From: Auanema rhodensis
Taxonomy: Eukaryota; Animalia; Nematoda
Reading direction: 5' to 3'
Length of the DNA stretch: 64,000 bases
NCBI GenBank assembly: GCA_964057225.1
Contig: OZ059894.1
Coordinates: 24,428,001 to 24,492,000 of the forward strand
Shown one piece after another: positions 1 to 11,900 of this stretch. Under the pieces are notes generated by a model, which was not told the DNA's origin, did no database searches, and saw only the letters and a list, made by a program, of their open reading frames with translations. The first letter of the stretch is position 1. Each line of letters starts with the position of its first letter. The translations under genes and the position numbers were made by a program.

Positions 1-38
1 CCATATTAGTCTAAAAACAAATTTTTATTGATATTGGT

Positions 39-53
39 TCATGGTAACCATGA
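39..53. other. Palindrome TCATGGT-A-ACCATGA (7-bp arms; 6-bp arms in G39 monomers), present in most monomers
   Basis: Read directly: TCATGGT is the reverse complement of ACCATGA, with a single central A. Confidence 0.9.
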
Positions 54-92
54 CTTTGAAATTTACGTGAACTTTAATTTATGCTAATTAAA

Positions 93-110
93 TGTACACG
101 TGATGTGCAC
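93..110. other. Cluster of 6-bp palindromes TGTACA / CACGTG / GTGCAC; minus-strand ATCACGTG matches the RTCACRTG (CDEI-type E-box) consensus
   Basis: Positions 93-98 TGTACA, 97-102 CACGTG, 105-110 GTGCAC. The reverse complement of 97-104 is ATCACGTG. Function not shown. Confidence 0.7.
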
Positions 111-126
111 TTGGTATGTAACTCGC

Positions 127-136
127 TTCACGTGAA
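127..136. other. Perfect 10-bp palindrome TTCACGTGAA (extended E-box/G-box), present in most monomers
   Basis: Read directly from sequence. Protein binding is only inferred. Confidence 0.8.
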
Positions 137-3100
137 AGATAAAGAGATGCGGTTTTCAAAATTAGATTCCCCATGTCCATATTAGTCTAAAAACAAATTT
201 TTATTGATATTGGTGCATGGTAACCATGACTTTGAAATTTACGTGAACTTTAATTTATGCTAATTAAATGTACACGTGATGTGCACTTGGTATGTAACTC
301 GCTTCACGTGAAAGATAAAGAGATGCGGTTTTCAAAATTAGATTCCCCATGTCCATATTAGTCTAAAAACAAATTTTTATTGATATTGGTTCATGGTAAC
401 CATGACTTTGAAATTTACGTGAACTTCAATTTATGCTAATTAAATGTACACGTGATGTGCACTTGGTATGTAACTCGCTTCACGTGAAAGATGAAGAGAT
501 GCGGTTTTCAAAATTAGATTCCCTATGTCCATATTAGTCTAAAAACAAATTTTTATTGATATTGGTTCATGGTAACCATGACTTTGAAATTTACGTGAAC
601 TTTAATTTATGCTAATTAAATGTACACGTGATGTGCACTTGGTATGTAACTCGCTTCACGTGAAAGATAAAGAGATGCGGTTTTCAAAATTAGATTCCCC
701 ATGTCCATATTAGTCTAAAAACAAATTTTTATTGATATTGGTGCATGGTAACCATGACTTTGAAATTTACGTGAACTTTAATTTATGCTAATTAAATGTA
801 CACGTGATGTGCACTTGGTATGTAACTCGCTTCACGTGAAAGATAAAGAGATGCGGTTTTCAAAATTAGATTCCCCATATCCATATTAGTCTAAAAACAA
901 ATTTTTATTGATATTGGTGCATGGTAACCATGACTTTGAAATTTACGTGAACTTTAATTTATGCTAATTAAATGTACACGTGATGTGCACTTGGTATGTA
1001 ACTCGCTTCACGTGAAAGATAAAGAGATGCGGTTTTCAAAATTAGATTCCCCATGTCCATATTAGTCTAAAAACAAATTTTTATTGATATTGGTTCATGA
1101 TAACCATGACTTTGAAGTTTACGTGAACTTTAATTTATGCTAATTAAATGTACACTTGATGTGCACTTGGTATGTAACTCGCTTCACGTGTAAGATAAAG
1201 AGATGCGGTTTTCAAAATTAGATTCCCCATGTCCATATTAGTCTAAAAACAAATTTTTATTGATATTGGTGCATGGTAACCATGACTTTGAAATTTACGT
1301 GAATTTTAATTTATGCTAATTAAATGTACACGTGATGTGCACTTGGTATGTAACTAGCTTCACGTGAAAGATAAAGAGATGCGGTTTTCAAAATTAGATT
1401 CCCTATGTCCATATTAGTCTAAAAAGAAATTTTTATTGATATTGGTGCATGGTAACCATGACTTTGAAATTTACGTGAACTTCAATTTATGCTAATTAAA
1501 TGTACACGTGATGTGCACTTGGTATGTAACTCGCTTCACGTGAAAGATAAAGAGATGCGGTTTTCAAAATTAGATTCCCCATGTCCATATTAGTCTAAAA
1601 ACAAATTTTTATTGATATTGGTGCATGGTAACCATGACTTTGAAATTTACGTGAACTTCAATTTATGCTAATTAAATGTACACGTGATGTGCACTTGGTA
1701 TGTAACTCGCTTCACGTGAAAGATAAAGAGATGCGGTTTTCAAAATTAGATTCCCCATGTCCATATTAGTCTAAAAACAAATTTTTATTGATATTGGTGC
1801 ATGGTAACCATGACTTTGAAATTTACGTGAACTTTAATTTATGCTAATTAAATGTACACGTGATGTGCACTTGGTATGTAACTCGCTTCACGTGAAAGAT
1901 AAAGAGATGCGGTTTTCAAAATTAGATTCCCCATGTCCATATTAGTCTAAAAACAAATTTTTATTGATATTGGTTCATGGTAACCATGACTTTGAAATTT
2001 ACGTGAACTTTAATTTATGCTAATTAAATGTACACGTGATGTGCACTTGGTATGTAACTCGCTTCACGTGAAAGATAAAGAGATGCGGTTTTCAAAATTA
2101 GATTCCCCATGTCCATATTAGTCTAAAAACAAATTTTTATTGATATTGGTTCATGATAACCATGACTTTGAAGTTTACGTGAACTTTAATTTATGCTAAT
2201 TAAATGTACACTTGATGTGCACTTGGTATGTAACTCGCTTCACGTGTAAGATAAAGAGATGCGGTTTTCAAAATTAGATTCCCCATGTCCATATTAGTCT
2301 AAAAACAAATTTTTATTGATATTGGTGCATGGTAACCATGACTTTGAAATTTACGTGAATTTTAATTTATGCTAATTAAATGTACACGTGATGTGCACTT
2401 GGTATGTAACTAGCTTCACGTGAAAGATAAAGAGATGCGGTTTTCAAAATTAGATTCCCTATGTCCATATTAGTCTAAAAACAAATTTTTATTGATATTG
2501 GTGCATGGTAACCATGACTTTGAAATTTACGTGAACTTCAATTTATGCTAATTAAATGTACACGTGATGTGCACTTGGTATGTAACTCGCTTCACGTGAA
2601 AGATAAAGAGATGCGGTTTTCAAAATTAGATTCCCCATGTCCATATTAGTCTAAAAACAAATTTTTATTGATATTGGTTCATGATAACCATGACTTTGAA
2701 ATTTACGTGAACTTTAATTTATGCTAATTAAATGTACACGTGATGTGCACTTGGTATGTAACTCGTTTCACGTGAAAGATAAAGAGATGCGGTTTCCAAA
2801 ATTAGATTCCCCATGTCCATATTAGTCTAAAAACAAATTTTTATTGATATTGGTTCATGGTAACCATGACTTTGAAATTTACGTGAACTTTAATTTATGC
2901 TAATTAAATGTACACGTGATGTGCACTTGGTATGTAACTCGCTTCACGTGAAAGATAAAGAGATGCGGTTTTCAAAGTTAGATTCCCCATGTCCATATTA
3001 GTCTAAAAACAAATTTTTATTGATATTGGTTCATGGTAACCATGACTTTGAAATTTACGTGAACTTTAATTTATGCTAAATAAATGTACACGTGATGTGC

Positions 3101-4224
3101 ACTTGGTATGTAACTCGCTTCACGTGAAAGATAAAGAGATGAGGTTTTCAAAATTAGATTCCCCATGTCCATATTAGTCTAAAAACAAATTTTTATTGAT
3201 ATTGGTTCATGGTAACCATGACTTTGAAATTTACGTGAACTTTAATTTATGCTAATTAAATGTACACGTGATGTGCACTTGGTATGTATTTCGCTTCACG
3301 TGAAAGATAAAGAGATGCGGTTTTCAAAATTAGATTCCCCATGTCCATATTAGTCTAAAAACAAATTGTTATTGATATTGGTGCATGGTAACCATGACTT
3401 TGAAATTTACGTGAATTTTAATTTATGCTAATTAAATGTACACGTGATGTGCACTTGGTATGTAACTCGCTTCACGTGAAAGATAAAGAGATGCGGTTTT
3501 CAAAATTAGATTCCCCATGTCCATATTAGTCTAAAAACAAATTTTTATTGATATTGGTGCATGGTAACCATGACTTTGAAATTTACGTGAACTTTAATTT
3601 ATGCTAAATAAATGTACACGTGATGTGCACTTGGTATGTAACTCGCTTCACGTGAAAGATAAAGAGATGCGGTTTTCAAAATTAGATTCCCCATGTCCAT
3701 ATTAGTCTAAAAACAAATTTTTATTGATATTGGTGCATGGTAACCATGACTTTGAAATTTACGTGAACTTTAATTTATGCTAAATAAATGTACACGTGAT
3801 GTGCACTTGGTATGTAACTCGCTTCACGTGAAAGATAAAGAGATGCGGTTTTCAAAATTAGATTCCCCATGTCCATATTAGTCTAAAAACAAATTTTTAT
3901 TGATATTGGTTCATGGTAACCATGACTTTGAAATTTACGTGAACTTTAATTTATGCTAATTAAATGTACACGTGATGTGCACTTGGTATGTATTTCGCTT
4001 CACGTGAAAGATAAAGAGATGCGGTTTTCAAAATTAGATTCCCCATGTCCATATTAGTCTAAAAACAAATTGTTATTGATATTGGTGCATGGTAACCATG
4101 ACTTTGAAATTTACGTGAATTTTAATTTATGCTAATTAAATGTACACGTGATGTGCACTTGGTATGTAACTCGCTTCACGTGAAAGATAAAGAGATGCGG
4201 TTTTCAAAATTAGATTCCCCATGT

Positions 4225-4364
4225 CCATATTAGTCTAAAAACAAATTTTTATTGATATTGGTTCATGGTAACCATGACTTTGAAATTTACGTGAACTCTT
4301 GGTATGTATTTCGCTTCACGTGAAAGATAAAGAGATGCGGTTTTCAAAATTAGATTCCCCATGT
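4225..4364. repeat. Truncated 140-bp monomer (36-bp deletion of monomer positions 74-109), copy 1
   Basis: Junction GTGAACT|CTTGGTATG at 4297/4298; next monomer starts at 4365. Confidence 0.96.
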
Positions 4365-7300
4365 CCATATTAGTCTAAAAACAAATTTTTATTGATATTG
4401 GTTCATGGTAACCATGACTTTGAAATTTACGTGAACTTTAATTTATGCTAATTAAATGTACACGTGATGTGCACTTGGTATGTATTTCGCTTCACGTGAA
4501 AGATAAAGAGATGCGGTTTTCAAAATTAGATTCCCCATGTCCATATTAGTCTAAAAACAAATTGTTATTGATATTGGTGCATGGTAACCATGACTTTGAA
4601 ATTTACGTGAACTTTAATTTATGCTAATTAAATGTACACGTGATGTGCACTTGGTATGTAACTCGCTTCACGTGAAAGATAAAGAGATGCGGTTTTCAAA
4701 ATTAGATTCCCCATGTCCATATTAGTCTAAAAACAAATTTTTATTGATATTGGTGCATGGTAACCATGACTTTGAAATTTACGTGAACTTTAATTTATGC
4801 TAAATAAATGTACACGTGATGTGCACTTGGTATGTAACTCGCTTCACGTGAAAGATAAAGTGATGCGGTTTTCAAAATTAGATTTCCCATGTCCATATTA
4901 GTCTAAAAATAAATTTTTATTGATATTGGTTCATGGTAACCATGACTTTGAAATTTACGTGAACTTTAATTTATGCTAATTAAATGTACACGTGATGTGC
5001 ACTTGGTATGTATTTCGCTTCAAGTGAAAGATAAAGAGATGCGGTTTTCAAAATTAGATTCCCCATGTCCATATTAGTCTAAAAACAAATTTTTATTGAT
5101 ATTGGTTCATGATAACCATGACTTTGAAATTTACGTGAACTTTAATTTATGCTAAATAAATGTACACGTGATGTGCACTTGGTATGTAACTCGCTTCACG
5201 TGAAAGATAAAGTGATGCGGTTTTCAAAATTAGATTCCCCATGTTCATATTAGTCTAAAAACAAATTTTTATTGATATTGGTGCATGGTAACCATGACTT
5301 TGAAATTTACGTGAACTTTAATTTATGCTAATTAAATGTACACGTGATGTGCACTTGGTATGTAACTCGCTTCACGTGAAAGATAAAGTGATGCGGTTTT
5401 CAAAATTAGATTTCCCATGTTCATATTAGTCTAAAAACAAATTTTTATTGATATTGGTTCATGGTAACCATGACTTTGAAATTTACGTGAACTTTAATTT
5501 ATGCTAATTAAATGTACACGTGATGTGCACTTGGTATGTAACTCGCTTCACGTGAAAGATAAAGAGATGCGGTTTTCAAAATTAGATTCCCCATGTCCAT
5601 ATTAGTCTAAAAACAAATTTTTATTGATATTGGTTCATGGTAACCATGACTTTGAAATTTACGTGAACTTTAATTTATGCTAATTAAATGTACACTTGAT
5701 GTGCACTTGGTATGTAACTCGCTTCACGTGTAAGATAAAGAGATGCGGTTTTCAAAATTAGATTCCCCATGTCCATATTAGTCTAAAAACAAATTTTTAT
5801 TGATATTGGTTCATGATAACCATGACTTTGAAGTTTACGTGAACTTTAATTTATGCTAATTAAATGTACACTTGATGTGCACTTGGTATGTAACTCGCTT
5901 CACGTGTAAGATAAAGAGATGCGGTTTTCAAAATTAGATTCCCCATGTCCATATTAGTCTAAAAACAAATTTTTATTGATATTGGTGCATGGTAACCATG
6001 ACTTTGAAATTTACGTGAATTTTAATTTATGCTAATTAAATGTACACGTGATGTGCACTTGGTATGTAACTAGCTTCACGTGAAAGATAAAGAGATGCGG
6101 TTTTCAAAATTAGATTCCCTATGTCCATATTAGTCTAAAAAGAAATTTTTATTGATATTGGTGCATGGTAACCATGACTTTGAAATTTACGTGAACTTCA
6201 ATTTATGCTAATTAAATGTACACGTGATGTGCACTTGGTATGTAACTCGCTTCACGTGAAAGATAAAGAGATGCGGTTTTCAAAATTAGATTCCCCATGT
6301 CCATATTAGTCTAAAAACAAATTTTTATTGATATTGGTGCATGGTAACCATGACTTTGAAATTTACGTGAACTTTAATTTATGCTAATTAAATGTACACG
6401 TGATGTGCACTTGGTATGTAACTCGCTTCACGTGAAAGATAAAGAGATGCGGTTTTCAAAATTAGATTCCCCATGTCCATATTAGTCTAAAAACAAATTT
6501 TTATTGATATTGGTTCATGGTAACCATGACTTTGAAATTTACGTGAACTTTAATTTATGCTAATTAAATGTACACGTGATGTGCACTTGGTATGTAACTC
6601 GCTTCACGTGAAAGATAAAGAGATGCGGTTTTCAAAATTAGATTCCCCATGTCCATATTAGTCTAAAAACAAATTTTTATTGATATTGGTTCATGATAAC
6701 CATGACTTTGAAGTTTACGTGAACTTTAATTTATGCTAATTAAATGTACACTTGATGTGCACTTGGTATGTAACTCGCTTCACGTGTAAGATAAAGAGAT
6801 GCGGTTTTCAAAATTAGATTCCCCATGTCCATATTAGTCTAAAAACAAATTTTTATTGATATTGGTGCATGGTAACCATGACTTTGAAATTTACGTGAAT
6901 TTTAATTTATGCTAATTAAATGTACACGTGATGTGCACTTGGTATGTAACTAGCTTCACGTGAAAGATAAAGAGATGCGGTTTTCAAAATTAGATTCCCT
7001 ATGTCCATATTAGTCTAAAAACAAATTTTTATTGATATTGGTGCATGGTAACCATGACTTTGAAATTTACGTGAACTTCAATTTATGCTAATTAAATGTA
7101 CACGTGATGTGCACTTGGTATGTAACTCGCTTCACGTGAAAGATAAAGAGATGCGGTTTTCAAAATTAGATTCCCCATGTCCATATTAGTCTAAAAACAA
7201 ATTTTTATTGATATTGGTTCATGATAACCATGACTTTGAAATTTACGTGAACTTTAATTTATGCTAATTAAATGTACACGTGATGTGCACTTGGTATGTA

Positions 7301-8764
7301 ACTCGTTTCACGTGAAAGATAAAGAGATGCGGTTTTCAAAATTAGATTCCCCATGTCCATATTAGTCTAAAAACAAATTTTTATTGATATTGGTTCATGG
7401 TAACCATGACTTTGAAATTTACGTGAACTTTAATTTATGCTAATTAAATGTACACGTGATGTGCACTTGGTATGTAACTCGCTTCACGTGAAAGATAAAG
7501 AGATGCGGTTTTCAAAGTTAGATTCCCCATGTCCATATTAGTCTAAAAACAAATTTTTATTGATATTGGTTCATGGTAACCATGACTTTGAAATTTACGT
7601 GAACTTTAATTTATGCTAAATAAATGTACACGTGATGTGCACTTGGTATGTAACTCGCTTCACGTGAAAGATAAAGAGATGAGGTTTTCAAAATTAGATT
7701 CCCCATGTCCATATTAGTCTAAAAACAAATTTTTATTGATATTGGTTCATGGTAACCATGACTTTGAAATTTACGTGAACTTTAATTTATGCTAATTAAA
7801 TGTACACGTGATGTGCACTTGGTATGTATTTCGCTTCACGTGAAAGATAAAGAGATGCGGTTTTCAAAATTAGATTCCCCATGTCCATATTAGTCTAAAA
7901 ACAAATTGTTATTGATATTGGTGCATGGTAACCATGACTTTGAAATTTACGTGAATTTTAATTTATGCTAATTAAATGTACACGTGATGTGCACTTGGTA
8001 TGTAACTCGCTTCACGTGAAAGATAAAGAGATGCGGTTTTCAAAATTAGATTCCCCATGTCCATATTAGTCTAAAAACAAATTTTTATTGATATTGGTGC
8101 ATGGTAACCATGACTTTGAAATTTACGTGAACTTTAATTTATGCTAAATAAATGTACACGTGATGTGCACTTGGTATGTAACTCGCTTCACGTGAAAGAT
8201 AAAGAGATGCGGTTTTCAAAATTAGATTCCCCATGTCCATATTAGTCTAAAAACAAATTTTTATTGATATTGGTGCATGGTAACCATGACTTTGAAATTT
8301 ACGTGAACTTTAATTTATGCTAAATAAATGTACACGTGATGTGCACTTGGTATGTAACTCGCTTCACGTGAAAGATAAAGAGATGCGGTTTTCAAAATTA
8401 GATTCCCCATGTCCATATTAGTCTAAAAACAAATTTTTATTGATATTGGTTCATGGTAACCATGACTTTGAAATTTACGTGAACTTTAATTTATGCTAAT
8501 TAAATGTACACGTGATGTGCACTTGGTATGTATTTCGCTTCACGTGAAAGATAAAGAGATGCGGTTTTCAAAATTAGATTCCCCATGTCCATATTAGTCT
8601 AAAAACAAATTGTTATTGATATTGGTGCATGGTAACCATGACTTTGAAATTTACGTGAATTTTAATTTATGCTAATTAAATGTACACGTGATGTGCACTT
8701 GGTATGTAACTCGCTTCACGTGAAAGATAAAGAGATGCGGTTTTCAAAATTAGATTCCCCATGT

Positions 8765-8904
8765 CCATATTAGTCTAAAAACAAATTTTTATTGATATTG
8801 GTTCATGGTAACCATGACTTTGAAATTTACGTGAACTCTTGGTATGTATTTCGCTTCACGTGAAAGATAAAGAGATGCGGTTTTCAAAATTAGATTCCCC
8901 ATGT
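8765..8904. repeat. Truncated 140-bp monomer (same 36-bp deletion), copy 2
   Basis: Identical junction GTGAACT|CTTGG at 8837/8838, with the same linked TATTTCGC variant. Confidence 0.96.
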
Positions 8905-11900
8905 CCATATTAGTCTAAAAACAAATTTTTATTGATATTGGTTCATGGTAACCATGACTTTGAAATTTACGTGAACTTTAATTTATGCTAATTAAATGTA
9001 CACGTGATGTGCACTTGGTATGTATTTCGCTTCACGTGAAAGATAAAGAGATGCGGTTTTCAAAATTAGATTCCCCATGTCCATATTAGTCTAAAAACAA
9101 ATTGTTATTGATATTGGTGCATGGTAACCATGACTTTGAAATTTACGTGAACTTTAATTTATGCTAATTAAATGTACACGTGATGTGCACTTGGTATGTA
9201 ACTCGCTTCACGTGAAAGATAAAGAGATGCGGTTTTCAAAATTAGATTCCCCATGTCCATATTAGTCTAAAAACAAATTTTTATTGATATTGGTGCATGG
9301 TAACCATGACTTTGAAATTTACGTGAACTTTAATTTATGCTAAATAAATGTACACGTGATGTGCACTTGGTATGTAACTCGCTTCACGTGAAAGATAAAG
9401 TGATGCGGTTTTCAAAATTAGATTTCCCATGTCCATATTAGTCTAAAAATAAATTTTTATTGATATTGGTTCATGGTAACCATGACTTTGAAATTTACGT
9501 GAACTTTAATTTATGCTAATTAAATGTACACGTGATGTGCACTTGGTATGTATTTCGCTTCAAGTGAAAGATAAAGAGATGCGGTTTTCAAAATTAGATT
9601 CCCCATGTCCATATTAGTCTAAAAACAAATTTTTATTGATATTGGTTCATGATAACCATGACTTTGAAATTTACGTGAACTTTAATTTATGCTAAATAAA
9701 TGTACACGTGATGTGCACTTGGTATGTAACTCGCTTCACGTGAAAGATAAAGTGATGCGGTTTTCAAAATTAGATTCCCCATGTTCATATTAGTCTAAAA
9801 ACAAATTTTTATTGATATTGGTGCATGGTAACCATGACTTTGAAATTTACGTGAACTTTAATTTATGCTAATTAAATGTACACGTGATGTGCACTTGGTA
9901 TGTAACTCGCTTCACGTGAAAGATAAAGTGATGCGGTTTTCAAAATTAGATTTCCCATGTTCATATTAGTCTAAAAACAAATTTTTATTGATATTGGTTC
10001 ATGGTAACCATGACTTTGAAATTTACGTGAACTTTAATTTATGCTAATTAAATGTACACGTGATGTGCACTTGGTATGTAACTCGCTTCACGTGAAAGAT
10101 AAAGAGATGCGGTTTTCAAAATTAGATTCCCCATGTCCATATTAGTCTAAAAACAAATTTTTATTGATATTGGTTCATGGTAACCATGACTTTGAAATTT
10201 ACGTGAACTTTAATTTATGCTAATTAAATGTACACGTGATGTGCACTTGGTATGTATTTTGCTTCACGTGAAAGATAAAGAGATGCGGTTTTCAAAATTA
10301 GATTCCCCATGTCCATATTAGTCTAAAAACAAATTTTTATTGATATGGGTGCATGGTAACCATGACTTTGAAATTTACGTGAACTTTAATTTATGCTAAT
10401 TGAATGTACACGTGATGTGCACTTGGTATGTAACTCGCTTCACGTGAAAGATAAAGAGATGCGGTTTTCAAAATTAGATTCCCCATGTCCATATTAGTCT
10501 AAAAACAAATTTTTATTGATATTGGTGCATGGTAACCATGACTTTGAAATTTACGTGAACTTTAATTTATGCTAATTAAATGTACACGTGATGTGCACTT
10601 GGTATGTAACTCGCTTCACGTGAAAGATAAAGAGATGCGGTTTTCAAAATTAGATTTCCCATGTCCATATTAGTCTAAAAACAAATTTTTATTGATATTG
10701 GTTCATGGTAACCATGACTTTGAAATTTACGTGAACTTTAATTTATGCTAATTAAATGTACACGTGATGTGCACTTGGTATGTAACTCGCTTCACGTGAA
10801 AGATAAAGAGATGCGGTTTTCACAATTTGAATCCCCATGTCCATATTAGTCTAAAAACAAATTTTTATTGATATTGGTGCATGGTAATCATGACTTTGAA
10901 ATTTACGTGAACTTTAATTTATGCTAATTAAATGTACACGTGATGTGCACTTGGTATGTAACTCGCTTCACGTGAAAGATAAAGAGATGCGGTTTTCAAA
11001 ATTAGATTCCCCATGTCCATATTAGTCTAAAAACAAATTTTTATTGATATTGGTTCATGATAACCATGACTTTGAAATTTACGTGAACTTTAATTTATGC
11101 TAATTAAATGTACACGTGATGTGCACTTGGTATGTAACTCGCTTCACGTGTAAGATAAAGAGATGCGGTTTTCAAAATTAGATTCCCCATGTCCATATTA
11201 GTCTAAAAACAAATTTTTATTGATATTGGTGCATGGTAACCATGACTTTGAAATTTACGTGAACTTTAATTTATGCTAATTAAATGTACACGTGATGTGC
11301 ACTTGGTATGTAACTCGCTTCACGTGTAAGATAAAGTGATGCGGTTTTCAAAATTAGATTCCCCATGTCCATATTAGTCTAAAAACAAATTTTTATTGAT
11401 ATTGGTGCATGGTAACCATGACTTTGAAATTTACGTGAACTTTAATTTATGCTAAATAAATGTACACGTGATGTGCACTTGGTATGTAACTCGCTTCACG
11501 TGAAAGATAAAGAGATGCGGTTTTCAAAATTTGATTCCCCATGTCCATATTAGTCTAGAAACAAACTTTTATTGATATTGGTTCTTGGTAACCATGACTT
11601 TGAAATTTACGTGAACTTTAATTTATGCTAATTAAATGTACACGTGATGTGCACTTGGTATGTAACTCGCTTCACGTGAAAGATAAAGAGATGCGGTTTT
11701 CACAATTTGAATCCCCATGTCCATATTAGTCTAAAAACAAATTTTTATTGATATTGGTGCATGGTAACCATGACTTTGAAATTTACGTGAACTTTAATTT
11801 ATGCTAATTAAATGTACACGTGATGTGCACTTGGTATGTAACTCGCTTCACGTGAAAGATAAAGAGATGCGGTTTTCAAAATTAGATTTCCCATGTCCAT

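Larger units (their letters stand above)
1..176 (+). repeat. Representative consensus monomer (T allele at dimorphic position 39)
   Basis: CCATATTAGTCTAAAAACAAATTTTTATTGATATTGGT[T/G]CATGGTAACCATGACTTTGAAATTTACGTGAACTTTAATTTATGCTAATTAAATGTACACGTGATGTGCACTTGGTATGTAACTCGCTTCACGTGAAAGATAAAGAGATGCGGTTTTCAAAATTAGATTCCCCATGT; 56 G+C of 176. Confidence 0.98.
1130..10230. repeat. Tandem duplication of a 26-monomer (4540 bp) block; boundaries approximate
   Basis: Deletion junctions at 4297 and 8837, CAAAGTTA at 2977/7517, GATGAGG at 3142/7682 and AAAAATAAAT at 4910/9450 are all offset by 4540 = 25x176+140. Confidence 0.92.

Noticed and set aside
120-155. Canonical CENP-B box
   Set aside because: The NTTCGNNNNANNCGGGN core is not present on either strand of the consensus.
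1-176. Assignment to known satellites of similar length (Brassica CentBr 176 bp, Arabidopsis CEN178, primate alpha satellite, honeybee AluI 176 bp)
   Set aside because: Only the length agrees. I see no sequence resemblance from memory, and the consensus has no HindIII or AluI site. A database search is needed.
1-176. Tandem 5S rRNA, tRNA, snRNA or spliced-leader gene array
   Set aside because: No recognisable 5S sequence, tRNA cloverleaf, A/B boxes or known leader sequence; the AT-rich unit behaves like a plain satellite.
97-176. Budding-yeast point centromere (CDEI-CDEII-CDEIII)
   Set aside because: Only an 8-bp CDEI-like match is present. There is no >90% AT CDEII or CDEIII consensus, and point centromeres are not tandemly arrayed.
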